Positions 63,196 to 64,000 of a DNA stretch of 64,000 bases are shown in pieces. The stretch is from Octopus sinensis (lineage: Eukaryota). Within the stretch, counting starts at the first letter, position 1; each line of letters opens with the position of its first letter. The stretch covers positions 25,724 to 89,723 of the forward strand of contig NW_021834489.1 of the NCBI RefSeq assembly GCF_006345805.1. The letters run 5' to 3'. The notes under the pieces were generated by a model. That model saw only the letters and a list, made by a program, of their open reading frames with translations, had not been told where the DNA came from and made no database searches. A program made the position numbers and the translations under genes.

Positions 63196-63620
63196 AGATA
63201 GGGATTGTAAAAGTATTAAAATAAAATACGGTTCTGTACTTTGTGAAGCTATGATCCAATCTAGGTACAGTAGAAATTTTCTATCTTTTAATGACGATTA
63301 ATTAACAGAGACTAGCATAAATTCTCTTCACCTTAATCAACAACACATTTTCTTTGCTTCTTTTTTTCTGGGTATCTTTACTTGAGAGTACCGAATGAGG
63401 AAGTTTACCATGCTGACAAGATCAAAATCCATAAGAATCTAAAGTACCATTAAATATATATCAGCTTCGATGTCTAGGGAATGTAAAAACGATGCCAAAT
63501 ACAAGAATTCCAAAAGGATCCTTTAATAACCCTAAAACGCTTAAGTGACACCACGAAGAAAACCACGCCCTTCTTCAAGACTCAATCAAACAACTGGCAA
63601 AAGAGAAGTGCAGACTGTAA

Positions 63621-63941
63621 TTTATTTATTTATGCGCCCTTTTCAAGCCTAGCCAGGCTCATGGGCCCAGTTTCCCGGTTTCTGTGGCGTATGTGTTCTC
63701 CCCAGCTGGACGGGACGCCAGTCCATCGCAGCGTTACTCAAGAAACAGGAAGGAAGGGTTAGAGAAAGTTGGGGCGAAAGAGTACAACAGGGGTCGCCAC
63801 CAACCTCTGCCGGAGCCTCGTAGAGCTTTTAGGTGTTTTCGCTCAATAAACACACACAACGCTCGGTCTGGGAATCGAAGCCGCGATCCTCCGACCGCGA
63901 GTCCGCTGCCCTAACCACTGGACCAATGCCCCTCCGCACAT
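63621..63941 (-). mobile_element. SINE with family C head and V-domain-like module (second copy)
   Basis: Minus strand ctgcgatggactggcgtcccgtccag; TSD agactgtaa at 63612-63620 and 63942-63950. Confidence 0.88.
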
Positions 63942-64000
63942 AGACTGTAAGACCTAGGTAAAAGTATGCAGGAGAGTAGATTACGTTGGATATGAATATT

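Overview
AT-rich, repeat-saturated animal genomic DNA with no confidently identifiable host gene exon (intergenic or deep intronic). The mix of tRNA-derived SINEs and abundant (TA)n, (ATT)n, (TATG)n and (AG)n tracts resembles an octopus genome as I recall it; this is an inference, not database-checked. Almost all ORFs in the supplied track are microsatellite or SINE artefacts. The window holds four or more tRNA-headed SINE families (labelled A-D here) that exchange heads and tails, and a GG-terminal MITE with 8-bp TSDs and internal telomere-like repeats (7 copies). It also holds mariner deletion derivatives and remnants of RTE, CR1/L2-type and RLE-type (R4/Dong-like) LINEs, plus a Penelope-like GIY-YIG endonuclease remnant and several fold-back palindromes of 0.1-1 kb. 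The main unexplained structure is a set of minimal type I hammerhead ribozyme (HHR) motifs. One lies downstream of the Penelope remnant, two form a back-to-back palindrome, and one sits in the tail of a tRNA-headed SINE (family D), two copies of which lie head-to-head at 31.9-32.5 kb. Folds and alignments were done by eye; degenerate copy boundaries are approximate.
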